Translations under genes and position numbers: made by a program
Assembly (NCBI GenBank): GCA_964472345.1
Contig: CAYYLB010000001.1
Location: forward strand, 1 to 49,641
DNA from: an uncultured Methanosarcinales archaeon
GTDB lineage: Archaea; Nanobdellota; Nanobdellia; Woesearchaeales; JAGLXL01
Direction of reading: 5' to 3'
Length of the DNA: 49,641 nucleotides
Part shown: positions 1 through 9,499 of the stretch, piece by piece
Numbering within the stretch: position 1 is the stretch's first letter
Layout of the letters: each line of letters opens with the position of its first letter
The notes under the pieces: model-generated
Told to the model about the DNA's origin: nothing
Databases searched by the model: none
The model's input: only the letters and a program-made list of their open reading frames with translations

Positions 1-59
1 AACTTGTCATTGAGAAAGGGGAAACGCTCTATCAAACGCTTGTCAGACAGACGAAGAAG

Positions 60-578
60 ATGGCGGATGGCAATGAGAAAATCCCCGACAGGTATTATGC
101 ATTCATGATGCTGGCCGCACACGACGTTGCCGCTGCATACAAGCGAAAATACGACCTCGAGAACCCGCGCCCAGACAGGTACGGTCTCCATCAAGAAAAA
201 GTGAAATTGCCGGTTGCACGGTTCGATGAGGGGCGCTTGGGTGTTTCGGAAGGGGAGAGGCTCGTGATGAGTAAAGACTACAAGAGTGCCGTGGAGTGGT
301 ACTGCCGTATGTGGGATGTCGTCATGGATCATTTTTCTGAAAAAACGCCGGAACTGTTTGGAACGACGCACGAATTTAGCCGCTATCTCAACGATCTCGA
401 TCAGCTCGGCATCCGCGCCTGCGTTTTCGGGCGGGTCGAACACGCGACGATGAGCTGCACTGCACAGGATGATCTGGCGAAGGCATGTGGATACAAATCA
501 AAAGGGGGAGTCTGTTTGCGTATCAGTCCTGAGGAAACTGACCGTTTACTTACGCGGCGAGCGCAGGACACCAGGTAA
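60..578 (+). CDS. hypothetical protein, 172 aa
   Basis: ATG ORF co-directional with ileS, ending about 30 nt before it. No family motif recognised. The competing antisense ORF 401..910 has no supporting features. Confidence 0.45.
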   Translation: MADGNEKIPDRYYAFMMLAAHDVAAAYKRKYDLENPRPDRYGLHQEKVKLPVARFDEGRLGVSEGERLVMSKDYKSAVEWYCRMWDVVMDHFSEKTPELFGTTHEFSRYLNDLDQLGIRACVFGRVEHATMSCTAQDDLAKACGYKSKGGVCLRISPEETDRLLTRRAQDTR

Positions 579-579
579 A

Positions 580-587
580 TTTTTAAA
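580..587 (+). promoter_or_regulatory. TATA-box-like element (TTTTTAAA) upstream of ileS
   Basis: AT-rich octamer in GC-rich context, ending 24 nt upstream of ATG 611. The same spacing recurs in front of many genes in this window. Confidence 0.5.
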
Positions 588-610
588 CACCTCTCATGCT
601 CCGGGGGTGT

Positions 611-3600
611 ATGCGCTTCGACCGCTACGATCCAAAGCTCACCGAACCCGCCATCCTGGCATTCTGGGAGAAGAGCAAGAGCTATGCTGCGCTGAAGAAG
701 AAAACGAAGCGCGGCACGCCGTTCTACTTCCTCGACGGGCCTCCGTACACGAGCGGCAGCATCCACCTGGGGACCGCATGGAACAAGGCGCTCAAGGATC
801 TGTTCCTGCGCCACAAGCGCATGCGCGGCTTCAATGTGTGGGATCGTGCGGGCTACGACATGCACGGCCTGCCGATCGAGCACGCCACGGAAAAGAAGCT
901 CGGCATCCACGGCAGCGACCAGATCAGGTCATTCGGCGTTGACCGGTTTGTGCTGGCATGCAAGGAGCTCTGCACCGCCAACCTGAAGAAGATGAACGGG
1001 GAATTCATCCGCCTCGGCGTGTGGATGGACTTTGAGGATGCCTACCAGTCGATCACCCGTGATTTCATCGACGGCGAATGGTGGCTGATCAAGCGGGCGC
1101 ACGAGCAGGGCAGGCTGTACGAGGGCCTGCGCACCATGCACTGGGATGCTGCGAGCGGCACGAGCGTCGCAAAACACGAGCTTGAGTACAAGCAGGTGGC
1201 GGACCCCTCAGTGTACCTGAAGCTCGCGGTGAAAGGCAGGCAGCGCGAGTACCTGCTGGTCTGGACGACGACGCCATGGACACTGCCGTTCAACCTTGCG
1301 GTGATGGTGCATCCCGATCTCGAGTATGTGAAAGCCAGTGTCGGCGATGAGACGTGGATCCTTGCCAAGGCGCTCGCGGAAAAGGTCATCAGGGAGGCTG
1401 CAGGCAAGGACTACCGCATCATCAGCACATTCAAAGGCAGGAAGCTCGAGGGCGCCGCGTATCTCCATCCCTTCCGCGAAGACATTCCTGCGTTCACGCA
1501 GCTCGCATCGAATCCGAAGCTGCACACCGTCGTCCTGAGCACCGAGTACGTTGACGACGTTTCCGGAACCGGCATTGTGCACACCGCGCCAGGCTGCGGC
1601 CCGGAAGACTATGAAGTCGGGCATCGCCACGGCCTGCCGCCGTTCAACACCGTTGATGAGAAAGGCGTTGTGCGTGACTGCGGCCCGTTTACCGGCCTGC
1701 GCGCACGCAAGGACGATGCACAATTCACGGAAAAGTTCGAAGGGAAAGGAGCCGTTGTTGCGCTCCAGAAGTACACTCATGATTACCCCCATGACTGGCG
1801 CTCTCACCAGCCCGTCATTTTCCGCACGACCAGGCAGTGGTTCTTCCGCGTCGAGGACCTCAAGCAGCAGATGATCGAGGCGAACAAGAACATCAGGTGG
1901 GTGCCCGCAGCGGGCTTCAACGCATTCAACGCGTGGCTTGAGAACCTGCGCGACAACTCCATCAGCAAGCAGCGCTTCTGGGGCACGCCGCTGCCGATCT
2001 GGAGGAATGTGGACGATGCCGATGATTGCCTCGTTGTCGGCTCGCTCAAGGAGCTTGAGAAGCTCGCGCGGACAAAAATCAAGGAGCCGCACAAGCCCTG
2101 GATCGACGAGGTCGTCATAACCAAGGGCGGCAAAACCTACCGGCGCGTTCCTGATGTGCTCGATGTGTGGGTGGACGCAGGCACGGTGAGCTGGAACTGC
2201 CTCGGTTTCCCCAAGGAGCAGAAGCTCTTCAAGCGATTGTTTCCTGCGGAGTTCATCCTTGAAGGCAAGGACCAGATCCGCGGCTGGTTCAACCTGCTGA
2301 TGGTCGCGGGCTTCCTTGCGCTGGGCAAGCCGAGCTTTAAGGCAGTCTACATGCACGGCTTCGTTTCCGACGTTGCGGGGGTGAAGATGTCCAAGAGCCT
2401 CGGCAATGTGATCTCGCCATCCGAAGCGATTGAAAAGCACGGCGCTGATGCGCTGCGTCTCTACCTGTCGCAGACGGCTGCCGGCGAGGACAGCAATTTC
2501 AGCTGGAAGGAGGCCGCGTTGAAGCAGCGCAACCTGCAGGTCCTGTGGAACGTCCACAAGTTCGTTCTCGAGCTGCAGCGCGAGCTTGCGGTCGACCCAT
2601 TGAGGCTTGATGAAGCGGTGATGCAGGCGATGCTCGATGTGGAGGAGCGCTTCATCTTCTCGAAGCTGCACCATACCATCGCGCAGGTCACCGAAAGGTA
2701 TGAGCAGTACCGGCTCGATGAGACAATAGCGCCGATTGAAGAGCTGTTCCTTGAGCTCAGCAGGACCTACATCCAGCTCGTGCGCGAGAAAGGCAGCGTC
2801 GGCTCGGAAGAGGAAAGGCAGGTGGTGCTGTTCACGGTCGCGCACGTCTTGCTCGGGGCGCTGAAGCTGCTCGCGCCGGCCGCGCCGTTCATCACCGAAG
2901 CGATCTACCAGAACCTGCGCGAGGCATTCACGCTCAAAGAGGAGAGCATCCACCATTGTTCATGGCCGGAGCCGGTGCACAAGCTCGTTGACGGGCAGCT
3001 TGAGCAGGACATGGCGGTTGCGCAGGTCATCCTGCAGGCGATTGCACACGCCCGCGAGCAGATCGGCATCAATGTGCGCTGGCCGCTGAAGGAGGCGCTG
3101 GTCGTCACGGGCGATGCGGCAGTCGCGGCGTCCGCGGGGCGCCTGCAGCGCGTTATCGCGTCGCAGGCGAATGTGAAGCAGCTCAGCGTGGAAAGCGCAT
3201 TTCCTGCAGCCAAGGAGCATGCGCGGATCGATTTCGAGAAGATCAGCCCGCGCTACGGGGAGCTGACGCCGCGCATCATCGCGCACTTCGCGACGCTGGC
3301 GAAGGAGGCGGTGCTTGCTGCGGTCCGCAAGGACGGGATGTTCCGCTTCGCGCTCGACGGGACGGAAGTGCAGCTGACGAACGACGACCTGCTCATTGAG
3401 CGAGAAGTTGCGTACCCATATGCGGAGGCAGTGTTCGGAAATGGGAGCGTGTACATCAACCAGGAGCGCACCGACGAGCTTGAGGCGGAAGGCTACGCGC
3501 GCGAGCTGATGCGGCGGGTGCAGGCGCTGCGGAAGAAAGCTGGCCTGGAGAAGAGCGACCGCATCGTGCTCTACGTGCAGTGCAGCGATGAGCTCACGGC

Positions 3601-3751
3601 AATGCTCCGCACGCAGGCAGGGAGCATCCAGCAGAAGGTCGGCGCGTCGAAGCTGAAGATCGACACGCTCGCTCCGGCGCGCAAGCACCAGCACGTTTCA
3701 ACGGAGAAGATAAGGAATGAGGATGTGACGGTGTTTTTTGACAAGGGGTGA
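611..3751 (+). CDS. ileS: isoleucine--tRNA ligase (archaeal/eukaryote-like class Ia)
   Basis: HIGH-type signature PPYTSGSIHLGTAWNK and KMSKS signature VKMSKSLGNV. About 1046 aa, with an editing-domain-sized insertion. Start moved from the track ATG at 596 to ATG 611 because of TATA spacing. Confidence 0.95.
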   Translation: MRFDRYDPKLTEPAILAFWEKSKSYAALKKKTKRGTPFYFLDGPPYTSGSIHLGTAWNKALKDLFLRHKRMRGFNVWDRAGYDMHGLPIEHATEKKLGIHGSDQIRSFGVDRFVLACKELCTANLKKMNGEFIRLGVWMDFEDAYQSITRDFIDGEWWLIKRAHEQGRLYEGLRTMHWDAASGTSVAKHELEYKQVADPSVYLKLAVKGRQREYLLVWTTTPWTLPFNLAVMVHPDLEYVKASVGDETWILAKALAEKVIREAAGKDYRIISTFKGRKLEGAAYLHPFREDIPAFTQLASNPKLHTVVLSTEYVDDVSGTGIVHTAPGCGPEDYEVGHRHGLPPFNTVDEKGVVRDCGPFTGLRARKDDAQFTEKFEGKGAVVALQKYTHDYPHDWRSHQPVIFRTTRQWFFRVEDLKQQMIEANKNIRWVPAAGFNAFNAWLENLRDNSISKQRFWGTPLPIWRNVDDADDCLVVGSLKELEKLARTKIKEPHKPWIDEVVITKGGKTYRRVPDVLDVWVDAGTVSWNCLGFPKEQKLFKRLFPAEFILEGKDQIRGWFNLLMVAGFLALGKPSFKAVYMHGFVSDVAGVKMSKSLGNVISPSEAIEKHGADALRLYLSQTAAGEDSNFSWKEAALKQRNLQVLWNVHKFVLELQRELAVDPLRLDEAVMQAMLDVEERFIFSKLHHTIAQVTERYEQYRLDETIAPIEELFLELSRTYIQLVREKGSVGSEEERQVVLFTVAHVLLGALKLLAPAAPFITEAIYQNLREAFTLKEESIHHCSWPEPVHKLVDGQLEQDMAVAQVILQAIAHAREQIGINVRWPLKEALVVTGDAAVAASAGRLQRVIASQANVKQLSVESAFPAAKEHARIDFEKISPRYGELTPRIIAHFATLAKEAVLAAVRKDGMFRFALDGTEVQLTNDDLLIEREVAYPYAEAVFGNGSVYINQERTDELEAEGYARELMRRVQALRKKAGLEKSDRIVLYVQCSDELTAMLRTQAGSIQQKVGASKLKIDTLAPARKHQHVSTEKIRNEDVTVFFDKG

Positions 3752-3929
3752 GCACCGCGTCCGCGAGGAGCCAAAACGGAACAAAATTCTGCTCGTGCGT
3801 GCGGCCCTCGGTGCCTTCTGATACTAGTGGTGAAGGAGTGCCCGTAGCACCTGCGCTTGGTTGTCAGGTGTTCCCCCAACGCGGAAAGCGAAAGTGTTAT
3901 ATAGTACTTTTGATATACAAAGTATTACG

Positions 3930-4190
3930 ATGCAGGCGATAACAATCAAGATGGAAGATAGGGTGCTGGAAGAGATAGACCAAAAACTCGAACACCACCG
4001 GTACAGCACCCGCACCGAGTTCATCAGGGATGCGATCAGGGAGAAGCTTTCAGAGCTGGAAAAGGATGAGCTCATCAAGAGCATTGCACGGCTGAAGGGC
4101 TCATCGAAAAGGAAAACGAGCGACACCCGCCTCCATGCTGCGCGCGAGCATGCGTTCGAAATGCTTGAAAAGAAGGCAGGTATCAGATGA
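3930..4190 (+). CDS. ribbon-helix-helix (CopG/NikR-N-like) DNA-binding protein, stand-alone
   Basis: MQAITIKMEDRVLEEIDQKLEHHRYSTRTEFIRDAIREKL fits the RHH beta-strand plus two helices. GTTATATAG box about 30 nt upstream of ATG 3930, so the track start at 3861 was rejected. Confidence 0.75.
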   Translation: MQAITIKMEDRVLEEIDQKLEHHRYSTRTEFIRDAIREKLSELEKDELIKSIARLKGSSKRKTSDTRLHAAREHAFEMLEKKAGIR

Positions 4191-4216
4191 TGTCCTGCGG
4201 CCTTAAAGGTGAACGA

Positions 4217-4609
4217 CTATGATTCCCGTGAAAAATCGATTCTGGTGAGTCCAATAACCCTGTCAAATGAATGGTCACTGCTGACGATCGTGCCATAGCT
4301 GAGAGCAGCTTGTGCGTGCACGGCATCAGCGGGGCTGAGGCTGTAACGCTCGCCAAGAACCGCCGCTTCCTCAATGTCAGGGAAACGGAGATCAATGACA
4401 GCGCACAGCATCCGGAGCGCACGGAGAGCATCAAGAGCGCTTTTCTCGCCGTACCGGTAAAGGTAAAAATATACCTCCATGCAGGTAATCGCTGAAGTGA
4501 AGAGCTCGTCGCCGCGGTGCTTTTCAAGAAAGGCTCTCGCGGCACTCTTATAGCGGTCCTCCTTCTTCAGCACCGCGAGGAAGAGGTCAGCATCAACGTA
4601 CTGCTTCAT
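4217..4609 (-). CDS. vapC: PIN-domain ribonuclease toxin (VapC-like)
   Basis: Acidic PIN residues in the expected order: N-terminal DADLF, MEVYF, SPADAVH, SSDHSFD. 130 aa. Overlaps the upstream antitoxin gene by 17 nt. Confidence 0.85.
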   Translation of the reverse strand: MKQYVDADLFLAVLKKEDRYKSAARAFLEKHRGDELFTSAITCMEVYFYLYRYGEKSALDALRALRMLCAVIDLRFPDIEEAAVLGERYSLSPADAVHAQAALSYGTIVSSDHSFDRVIGLTRIDFSRES

Positions 4610-4850
4610 GGGAAAAGACCTGCTCTGCCTCGCGTTTCATCTCCACCGGCGTCTTTTTTGTACGGAGGTTGAAAGAGGAGAGGAATGCGAGGGGGTCGTC
4701 TATTCTCCTGACTGAGTGGAGCACGAGGGAATCCTCTTTGCTTTCCACAAGCACTTCCCCCGTAATTCCTAACTCACTCCGAACATTGAGGGGGATGTGG
4801 ACTCGGCCCTTCTTGTCCACGTGCAGGAGTTTATATTTCCCACCATCCAT
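4593..4850 (-). CDS. vapB: AbrB/SpoVT-fold antitoxin (VapB-like)
   Basis: KKGRVHIPLNVRSELGITGEVLVESKEDSLVLH is a typical swapped-hairpin AbrB motif. ATTTAAATAG box about 30 nt upstream of ATG 4850. Confidence 0.75.
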   Translation of the reverse strand: MDGGKYKLLHVDKKGRVHIPLNVRSELGITGEVLVESKEDSLVLHSVRRIDDPLAFLSSFNLRTKKTPVEMKREAEQVFSHEAVR

Positions 4851-4947
4851 AGTATGTTTAATGTTCCCACTACTATTTAAATATTTCTTTTCCCACAACT
4901 ACTTCCGCGGTGATGCTGATTCAAGTTGCGGAAGGCTCGCCCGGCCG

Positions 4948-5916
4948 TCAGTCGGGGATGAACGCCAATACGTGGAACGTCGAGAAGCCGAAGGAGTCGG
5001 CGTCGTTGATGACGTCCGTGAAGCGGGTCTTAAGCTCTTCGATCACCTCAAACAGGTGGTTCGTGTCACGCACAATCACCTCGATCTCAAAGTCCGCTCC
5101 GCCGATGGTGTTGTTGATCTGGTAGATGTTCCGGTGCATGCGGCAGAATTCGAACAGCTCCCCGTTCCGCGCGGTTGAGCGCAGCTGCAGGTCGACGCGG
5201 AAGGAGACGAAGCCAAGCTTCTCAAGGTCCAGGCCGATCTTGTAGCCGACGATGATCTTCCGCTGCTCGAGCTTCCTGATCCGGCTTCTGATAGTGTCGG
5301 AGCTGACGCCGAGTTTCTTCGCAATGTCAACGGCCGTCGCCCGGACGTTGGGCGCGTACGCTTCGATGATCCGCTGGTCGAGCGTATCGATGTCCTCCTT
5401 CTCGCCGGCGCCATAGACGCGCGTGAGCGGCTCGTCCTTCGTCTCGATGAAGAAGGCGCGGTTGAAGTTGTAGATGGGCGCATACACCGCGACATTGTAG
5501 GTTTTGATATGATCTTTATAGCGCAGCATGATGCTGTCCCAGATGGTGTGGAACTCCGCGATGCTCCGCACGCCGAGGAACAGCGCGAGATCCCACTTGC
5601 CGTGCATCGTCGTGATGGTCCAGACCTGCCGGAGGTTCGTGCGCACGTGCTCCACGACCTGCTGCAGAGCATCTTTGGTCATCTGCTGGAACTTGAAATA
5701 GACGCGGAAAGTGAAGTAGCCGAGTTTTGACATGTCAACGATAGCCGTGTAGCTGGTGACGATGCCGGCCTCTTCCAGGCGCCGCATGCGGTAGAGCACG
5801 AATGGTTTGGATCGGTTGAGTTTTTTGGCTAATGTGGAAAGAGCTGCTTTTGAATCGCGGTCGAGGAAGTAGAGGAGCTTTTTGTCGAACTGGTCGAGCT
5901 TCACGTTTTCTGGCAT
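4948..5916 (-). CDS. tandem (double-module) Lrp/AsnC-family transcription regulator
   Basis: Two successive HTH plus RAM-like modules. The HTH segments are LDQFDKKLLYFLDRDSKAALSTLAKKLNRSKPFVLYRMRRLEEAGIV and LDQRIIEAYAPNVRATAVDIAKKLGVSSDTIRSRIRKLEQRKII. AT-rich promoter region 5917-5960. Confidence 0.85.
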   Translation of the reverse strand: MPENVKLDQFDKKLLYFLDRDSKAALSTLAKKLNRSKPFVLYRMRRLEEAGIVTSYTAIVDMSKLGYFTFRVYFKFQQMTKDALQQVVEHVRTNLRQVWTITTMHGKWDLALFLGVRSIAEFHTIWDSIMLRYKDHIKTYNVAVYAPIYNFNRAFFIETKDEPLTRVYGAGEKEDIDTLDQRIIEAYAPNVRATAVDIAKKLGVSSDTIRSRIRKLEQRKIIVGYKIGLDLEKLGFVSFRVDLQLRSTARNGELFEFCRMHRNIYQINNTIGGADFEIEVIVRDTNHLFEVIEELKTRFTDVINDADSFGFSTFHVLAFIPD

Positions 5917-6102
5917 TATTCTTAATAAAAGTTTATTTATTTATAAATATTTCGTTTTTGTTAAAAAAGTTTTCCGTTAGTTTAATATAGTTATGTACGA
6001 CGTGTTGTCACAAGGAAGTTGTCACTGTTACGATCCAACCACTCATAAATATTAAGGGTTTACCATAGATAAGGCTGCAGCCGCCGCGGGCGGACAACAC
6101 TG

Positions 6103-7311
6103 ATGAGAAACAACCAAGGAACGAATATCCATACAACTGACGCGTACTGGGGGCGGCTGCGAGAGAGGTACCTCCCAGGCATCCAGCATTGTGATTTCCA
6201 AACTGCGTGCCTTGGCTTGCCGATGGCTGTTGTTTTATCCCCTGCCCAGCAGAGTCTTATGGCATATCGGGAGCCACCGTTCGTGACAGCGCAGCGATTT
6301 GCTACTGAGGTTGACGACTGCCGTCGCCTTGTCGCAGAACTTATTAGGGCAGCACCTTCATGTGTTTACTTTGACACCACAACGACTTCCTCCCTTGGAA
6401 CCATACTCAGGTCATTACGGCTGGAATCAACCGATGAAATAATAACGACAAACGATGAATATGGGAGCATACTCCATGCGCTCGAATGGCAAGCAAACGG
6501 GGCGCGTGTGGTTTCTTTACCGGCCGACAGGGATCTCACTTCCCGAATTGCAACTGCGATAACCTCGCAGACGAAGCTGCTCGTCGTGAGCCACATCACT
6601 CATGCGCAGGGAAACATTCTTCCGGTAGAAGAGATCGCGGGACTCGCCAAAGAACACAATGTCTATTTCGTTGTGGATGCCGCGCAATCTGTTGGGCAGA
6701 TTCCGGTCGACGTTTCCCGCATAGATCCGGATGCGCTGATCGGCTGTGGCCATAAGTGGCTTCGGGGCATGACCACGACGGGCATCATCTATGTTTCGGA
6801 TCGTCGACCGGCACTTCAAATGGCGTACTCTTCGCCATTTAGTCTCCCCCCTCGCCTGCGTAATCAACCTATCCGTCAAGATTCTAGCCTCAGCATCGAA
6901 TCTGAGTACATTGAATACAGTGGCTTGGGGAACAGCGAGCGGATTGCGCACCTTCGGCTCGCGCTGCTGGCACATCAAGAGGTCGGGTGGCCCGCCATCT
7001 ACGAGCGTCTTCAGCACCTCGGTGCCGTGGCGCGTCAGGAACTTGCCAAGAACCATTTCGTTGAATTGCTCACTCCCGAGAGAAGCGCCCCGGCCATTAT
7101 TCCGCTACGGGTAAAGGGGATGAACCAAGAAGAGGTTTTTGAACGATTGTCGGGTGCCGATATCATAACAACGCTCAAAAAAGCTGAAGAGCTCATCCGC
7201 GTCGCGGTTTCGCAGTTTACCGCGTTGGAGGAAATTGCGCAGCTAAACCGAGCGCTGTATGACATCGGCAATGGCGGTGGGCTTGGTACCTCGGGTATCA
7301 AAAACCAATGA
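6103..7311 (+). CDS. PLP-dependent class V aminotransferase / cysteine-desulfurase-like enzyme
   Basis: Fold-type I pattern: VVSHITHAQGNILPVEEI, FVVDAAQSVGQIPVDV, and a candidate PLP lysine in GCGHKWLRG. 402 aa. Confidence 0.75.
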   Translation: MRNNQGTNIHTTDAYWGRLRERYLPGIQHCDFQTACLGLPMAVVLSPAQQSLMAYREPPFVTAQRFATEVDDCRRLVAELIRAAPSCVYFDTTTTSSLGTILRSLRLESTDEIITTNDEYGSILHALEWQANGARVVSLPADRDLTSRIATAITSQTKLLVVSHITHAQGNILPVEEIAGLAKEHNVYFVVDAAQSVGQIPVDVSRIDPDALIGCGHKWLRGMTTTGIIYVSDRRPALQMAYSSPFSLPPRLRNQPIRQDSSLSIESEYIEYSGLGNSERIAHLRLALLAHQEVGWPAIYERLQHLGAVARQELAKNHFVELLTPERSAPAIIPLRVKGMNQEEVFERLSGADIITTLKKAEELIRVAVSQFTALEEIAQLNRALYDIGNGGGLGTSGIKNQ

Positions 7312-7327
7312 CATTGGAGAGGGATAC

Positions 7328-8086
7328 ATGGGCAAAGCGCAAGACGAGCGGTCAATAAGATTGTTCGAGGAGGCAAGGCCCCTCGTTCGCACGCACGAAG
7401 AAAGTTTCAAGTACCTCCTCGAGCACCGCTTGCGCGTGCCAGAGCTTCCCCACCGCTCCCCCCCGCATATGGGGGTATGGTACTATTTTGAAGGATGGTT
7501 ACGTCAGCAGTACAATGTCGAGGTACGGGATCCAGATTTCCCGGCAGCCCCCTTTCAGGAACCCCTGGTACTCAAAGTTGATGCCGATGGCATTTACGGC
7601 TCTTTCGAAAGCTTCCGCCTTCCACCCGGAGATTTTAGCAGACAAGCTAATGAAACGATACTGGGCATGATAGAAGATGAGGGCATCCGTGCCGCAAACC
7701 AGTTTGTCCAGCAAACGCTTAGACCTCAGATTGAAGATAACCTGCGCAGGTCCTTTGCAGCGCCCGATAGTGCGTATGTGGACGTTGGGGATGTTGTGGA
7801 GCACATGATTAACATGAGGTGTCTAGGAGTACATCCTGAGGATCCCCAACTCAACAATCTTGAGGTTGGACTCGTCTTTCCGGCACCAACTGCACCGCAG
7901 GCGCTTGAATATGGGTGTATGATTTTCCGAAGCACGTTCCCGCCGGGCCGCTCCGCGCACGTTGTAGATATCATGCAGGGTTCCTATGGCGATTCCCCAC
8001 TCTATCAGACGTGGAAGCGGTTCGTACAGCAACAGTTGGGCAATAGTTGTAGTGTGAATAAAACAGAACGGAGGCGATCGGTATGA
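7328..8086 (+). CDS. hypothetical protein, 252 aa
   Basis: ORF in the same-strand block between the aminotransferase and the MetE-like genes. ATG 7328 lies just after the upstream stop. Its stop overlaps the next start (ATGA at 8083). No motif recognised. Confidence 0.5.
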   Translation: MGKAQDERSIRLFEEARPLVRTHEESFKYLLEHRLRVPELPHRSPPHMGVWYYFEGWLRQQYNVEVRDPDFPAAPFQEPLVLKVDADGIYGSFESFRLPPGDFSRQANETILGMIEDEGIRAANQFVQQTLRPQIEDNLRRSFAAPDSAYVDVGDVVEHMINMRCLGVHPEDPQLNNLEVGLVFPAPTAPQALEYGCMIFRSTFPPGRSAHVVDIMQGSYGDSPLYQTWKRFVQQQLGNSCSVNKTERRRSV

Positions 8087-8466
8087 GGTATATCTCTCGG
8101 AGAGAGGAAAACGCCGATGGAGGCGTTTGCTACAGCGTGGAAGCCGATAAAGGTGGACATCTCGCGTCGGAGTGCTGGGTGGAAACCGGAGAGAATGGCG
8201 CAATAAGAACCATGGGGTGGGCACATCCAGCGCACTATACTGGGAAGGGAGATGTTCTTGTAAGCGTCGAATACGCTGTAGGAGAAGGAGATAAGCTAAC
8301 CCGAAATGGTGGGAATGCCAGCGGAGCCATTGATGCAGTCGTCGAGAGTGGGTTCAAAGCCCTTGCGGAAAAATTCCCCGAAGTTGCGGGTGAGGTTGGA
8401 CGCTGCGTTGCCGAAGCAGGCCGCATGAGCAAGGATATTAGGCGCGCTTGGCGTCCGCACCCCTAA
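8083..8466 (+). CDS. hypothetical protein, 127 aa
   Basis: Start overlaps the stop of the previous ORF (translational coupling). No motif recognised. Confidence 0.45.
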   Translation: MRYISRREENADGGVCYSVEADKGGHLASECWVETGENGAIRTMGWAHPAHYTGKGDVLVSVEYAVGEGDKLTRNGGNASGAIDAVVESGFKALAEKFPEVAGEVGRCVAEAGRMSKDIRRAWRPHP

Positions 8467-8527
8467 GATTTTAGTTATAACTATAAAATAGTAAACATTA
8501 TAAAGAAGTCCGGATTTACGGCAAAAA

Positions 8528-9499
8528 ATGAATATCGGAGCGTACCTTACAGGACCATTCGGACAATCTCAAGCCATTTATCGGGCGAGAAATGATGCCA
8601 AGAGGGGAAGAGGAGCACCGGAAGCAGTAACCGCACGGGTTGAAGAGGATACAACCGCGGTCATTGCTCTCCAGCGTGATGCTGGTCTTGATTTTATTAT
8701 CGACCCTATGTTTTGGTTTTATCATCTGTTTCAGCCGTTTGCCGAACAGCTCGGTGGAGTCAGCGAGGGCCCTCAGGAGAACTGGTTCAATAACAACATG
8801 TTTTACCGCCGACCCCAAATCCAAGGGCCATTACAACCGCTGGGGGGCTTCACCGAGAAATATGTTCACGTTGCCAAGCTTCCAACCGATGGGACCGCGA
8901 TGGTTATTCTCCCGTCCCCTTATACATTACTTGTGCTCTCCGATGTTACCGGTTATCCTGATAGGAAGGCCGCGCTGACGAATCTGGCAGAGGTCATATA
9001 TGCTGAAGCACAGCATCTCGCCTCCAGGGGGGTTGGAAGAATACAGTATGACGAGCCCGCAATCGTCGTGAAACAATCCTTGGGCTCACTAAAAGAAGAG
9101 GACCTGGCTCTTCTGCAAAGAGGAATTGATGTTTGCGGCCATATTGGTAATGCAACGACGAGCCTTCACACTTATTTCGGAGACGCTGGCCCGATCATCC
9201 CCCATCTTCTTCGCCTTCCCGTAGATTGCATCGGCATTGACGGAACGGAAACGCGTCTTGTGGATGTTTTGAAGCATGACTATTCTGGAAAAGAGCTTGC
9301 TCTCGGGCTTCTCGACGCGCGGAGTACGAGGGTGGAAAAAGCTCAAGAGATTGTTGCCCAATTACGAGCCGTCGCGCAGGAGACCCACCCTCGAAGGCTG
9401 TGGTTAACACCAAACACCGGAACGGAGTACAGGGGATTTACGCATGGTACCAAAAAGTTAAAGTTGCTTGCGGAAGTGAGGCGGATACTTCATGGATAA
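8528..9499 (+). CDS. MetE/UROD-superfamily protein lacking the Zn ligands (MetE N-domain-like)
   Basis: TIM-barrel MetE-like layout (VIALQRDAGLDFIIDP, RIQYDEPAIVV). The positions matching the Zn-ligand motifs read LHTYFG and LTPNTGTEY, with no Cys. Overlaps the next gene by 8 nt. Confidence 0.6.
   Translation: MNIGAYLTGPFGQSQAIYRARNDAKRGRGAPEAVTARVEEDTTAVIALQRDAGLDFIIDPMFWFYHLFQPFAEQLGGVSEGPQENWFNNNMFYRRPQIQGPLQPLGGFTEKYVHVAKLPTDGTAMVILPSPYTLLVLSDVTGYPDRKAALTNLAEVIYAEAQHLASRGVGRIQYDEPAIVVKQSLGSLKEEDLALLQRGIDVCGHIGNATTSLHTYFGDAGPIIPHLLRLPVDCIGIDGTETRLVDVLKHDYSGKELALGLLDARSTRVEKAQEIVAQLRAVAQETHPRRLWLTPNTGTEYRGFTHGTKKLKLLAEVRRILHG

Noticed and set aside
1208-2956. 582-aa ORF antisense to ileS, plus the smaller ORFs at 401..910 and 2960..3694.
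   Set aside because: They lie entirely inside the confidently identified ileS. They have no motifs, and their Arg/Leu/Ala-rich composition is typical of antisense frames in GC-rich DNA.
3752-4947. Flanking 3'-end duplications around the RHH and VapBC locus, analogous to the rps3ae and nnrD cases.
   Set aside because: I compared the ileS and Lrp gene ends with the locus flanks by eye and found no repeat. I also found none around the PIN-antitoxin pair at 39512..40158.
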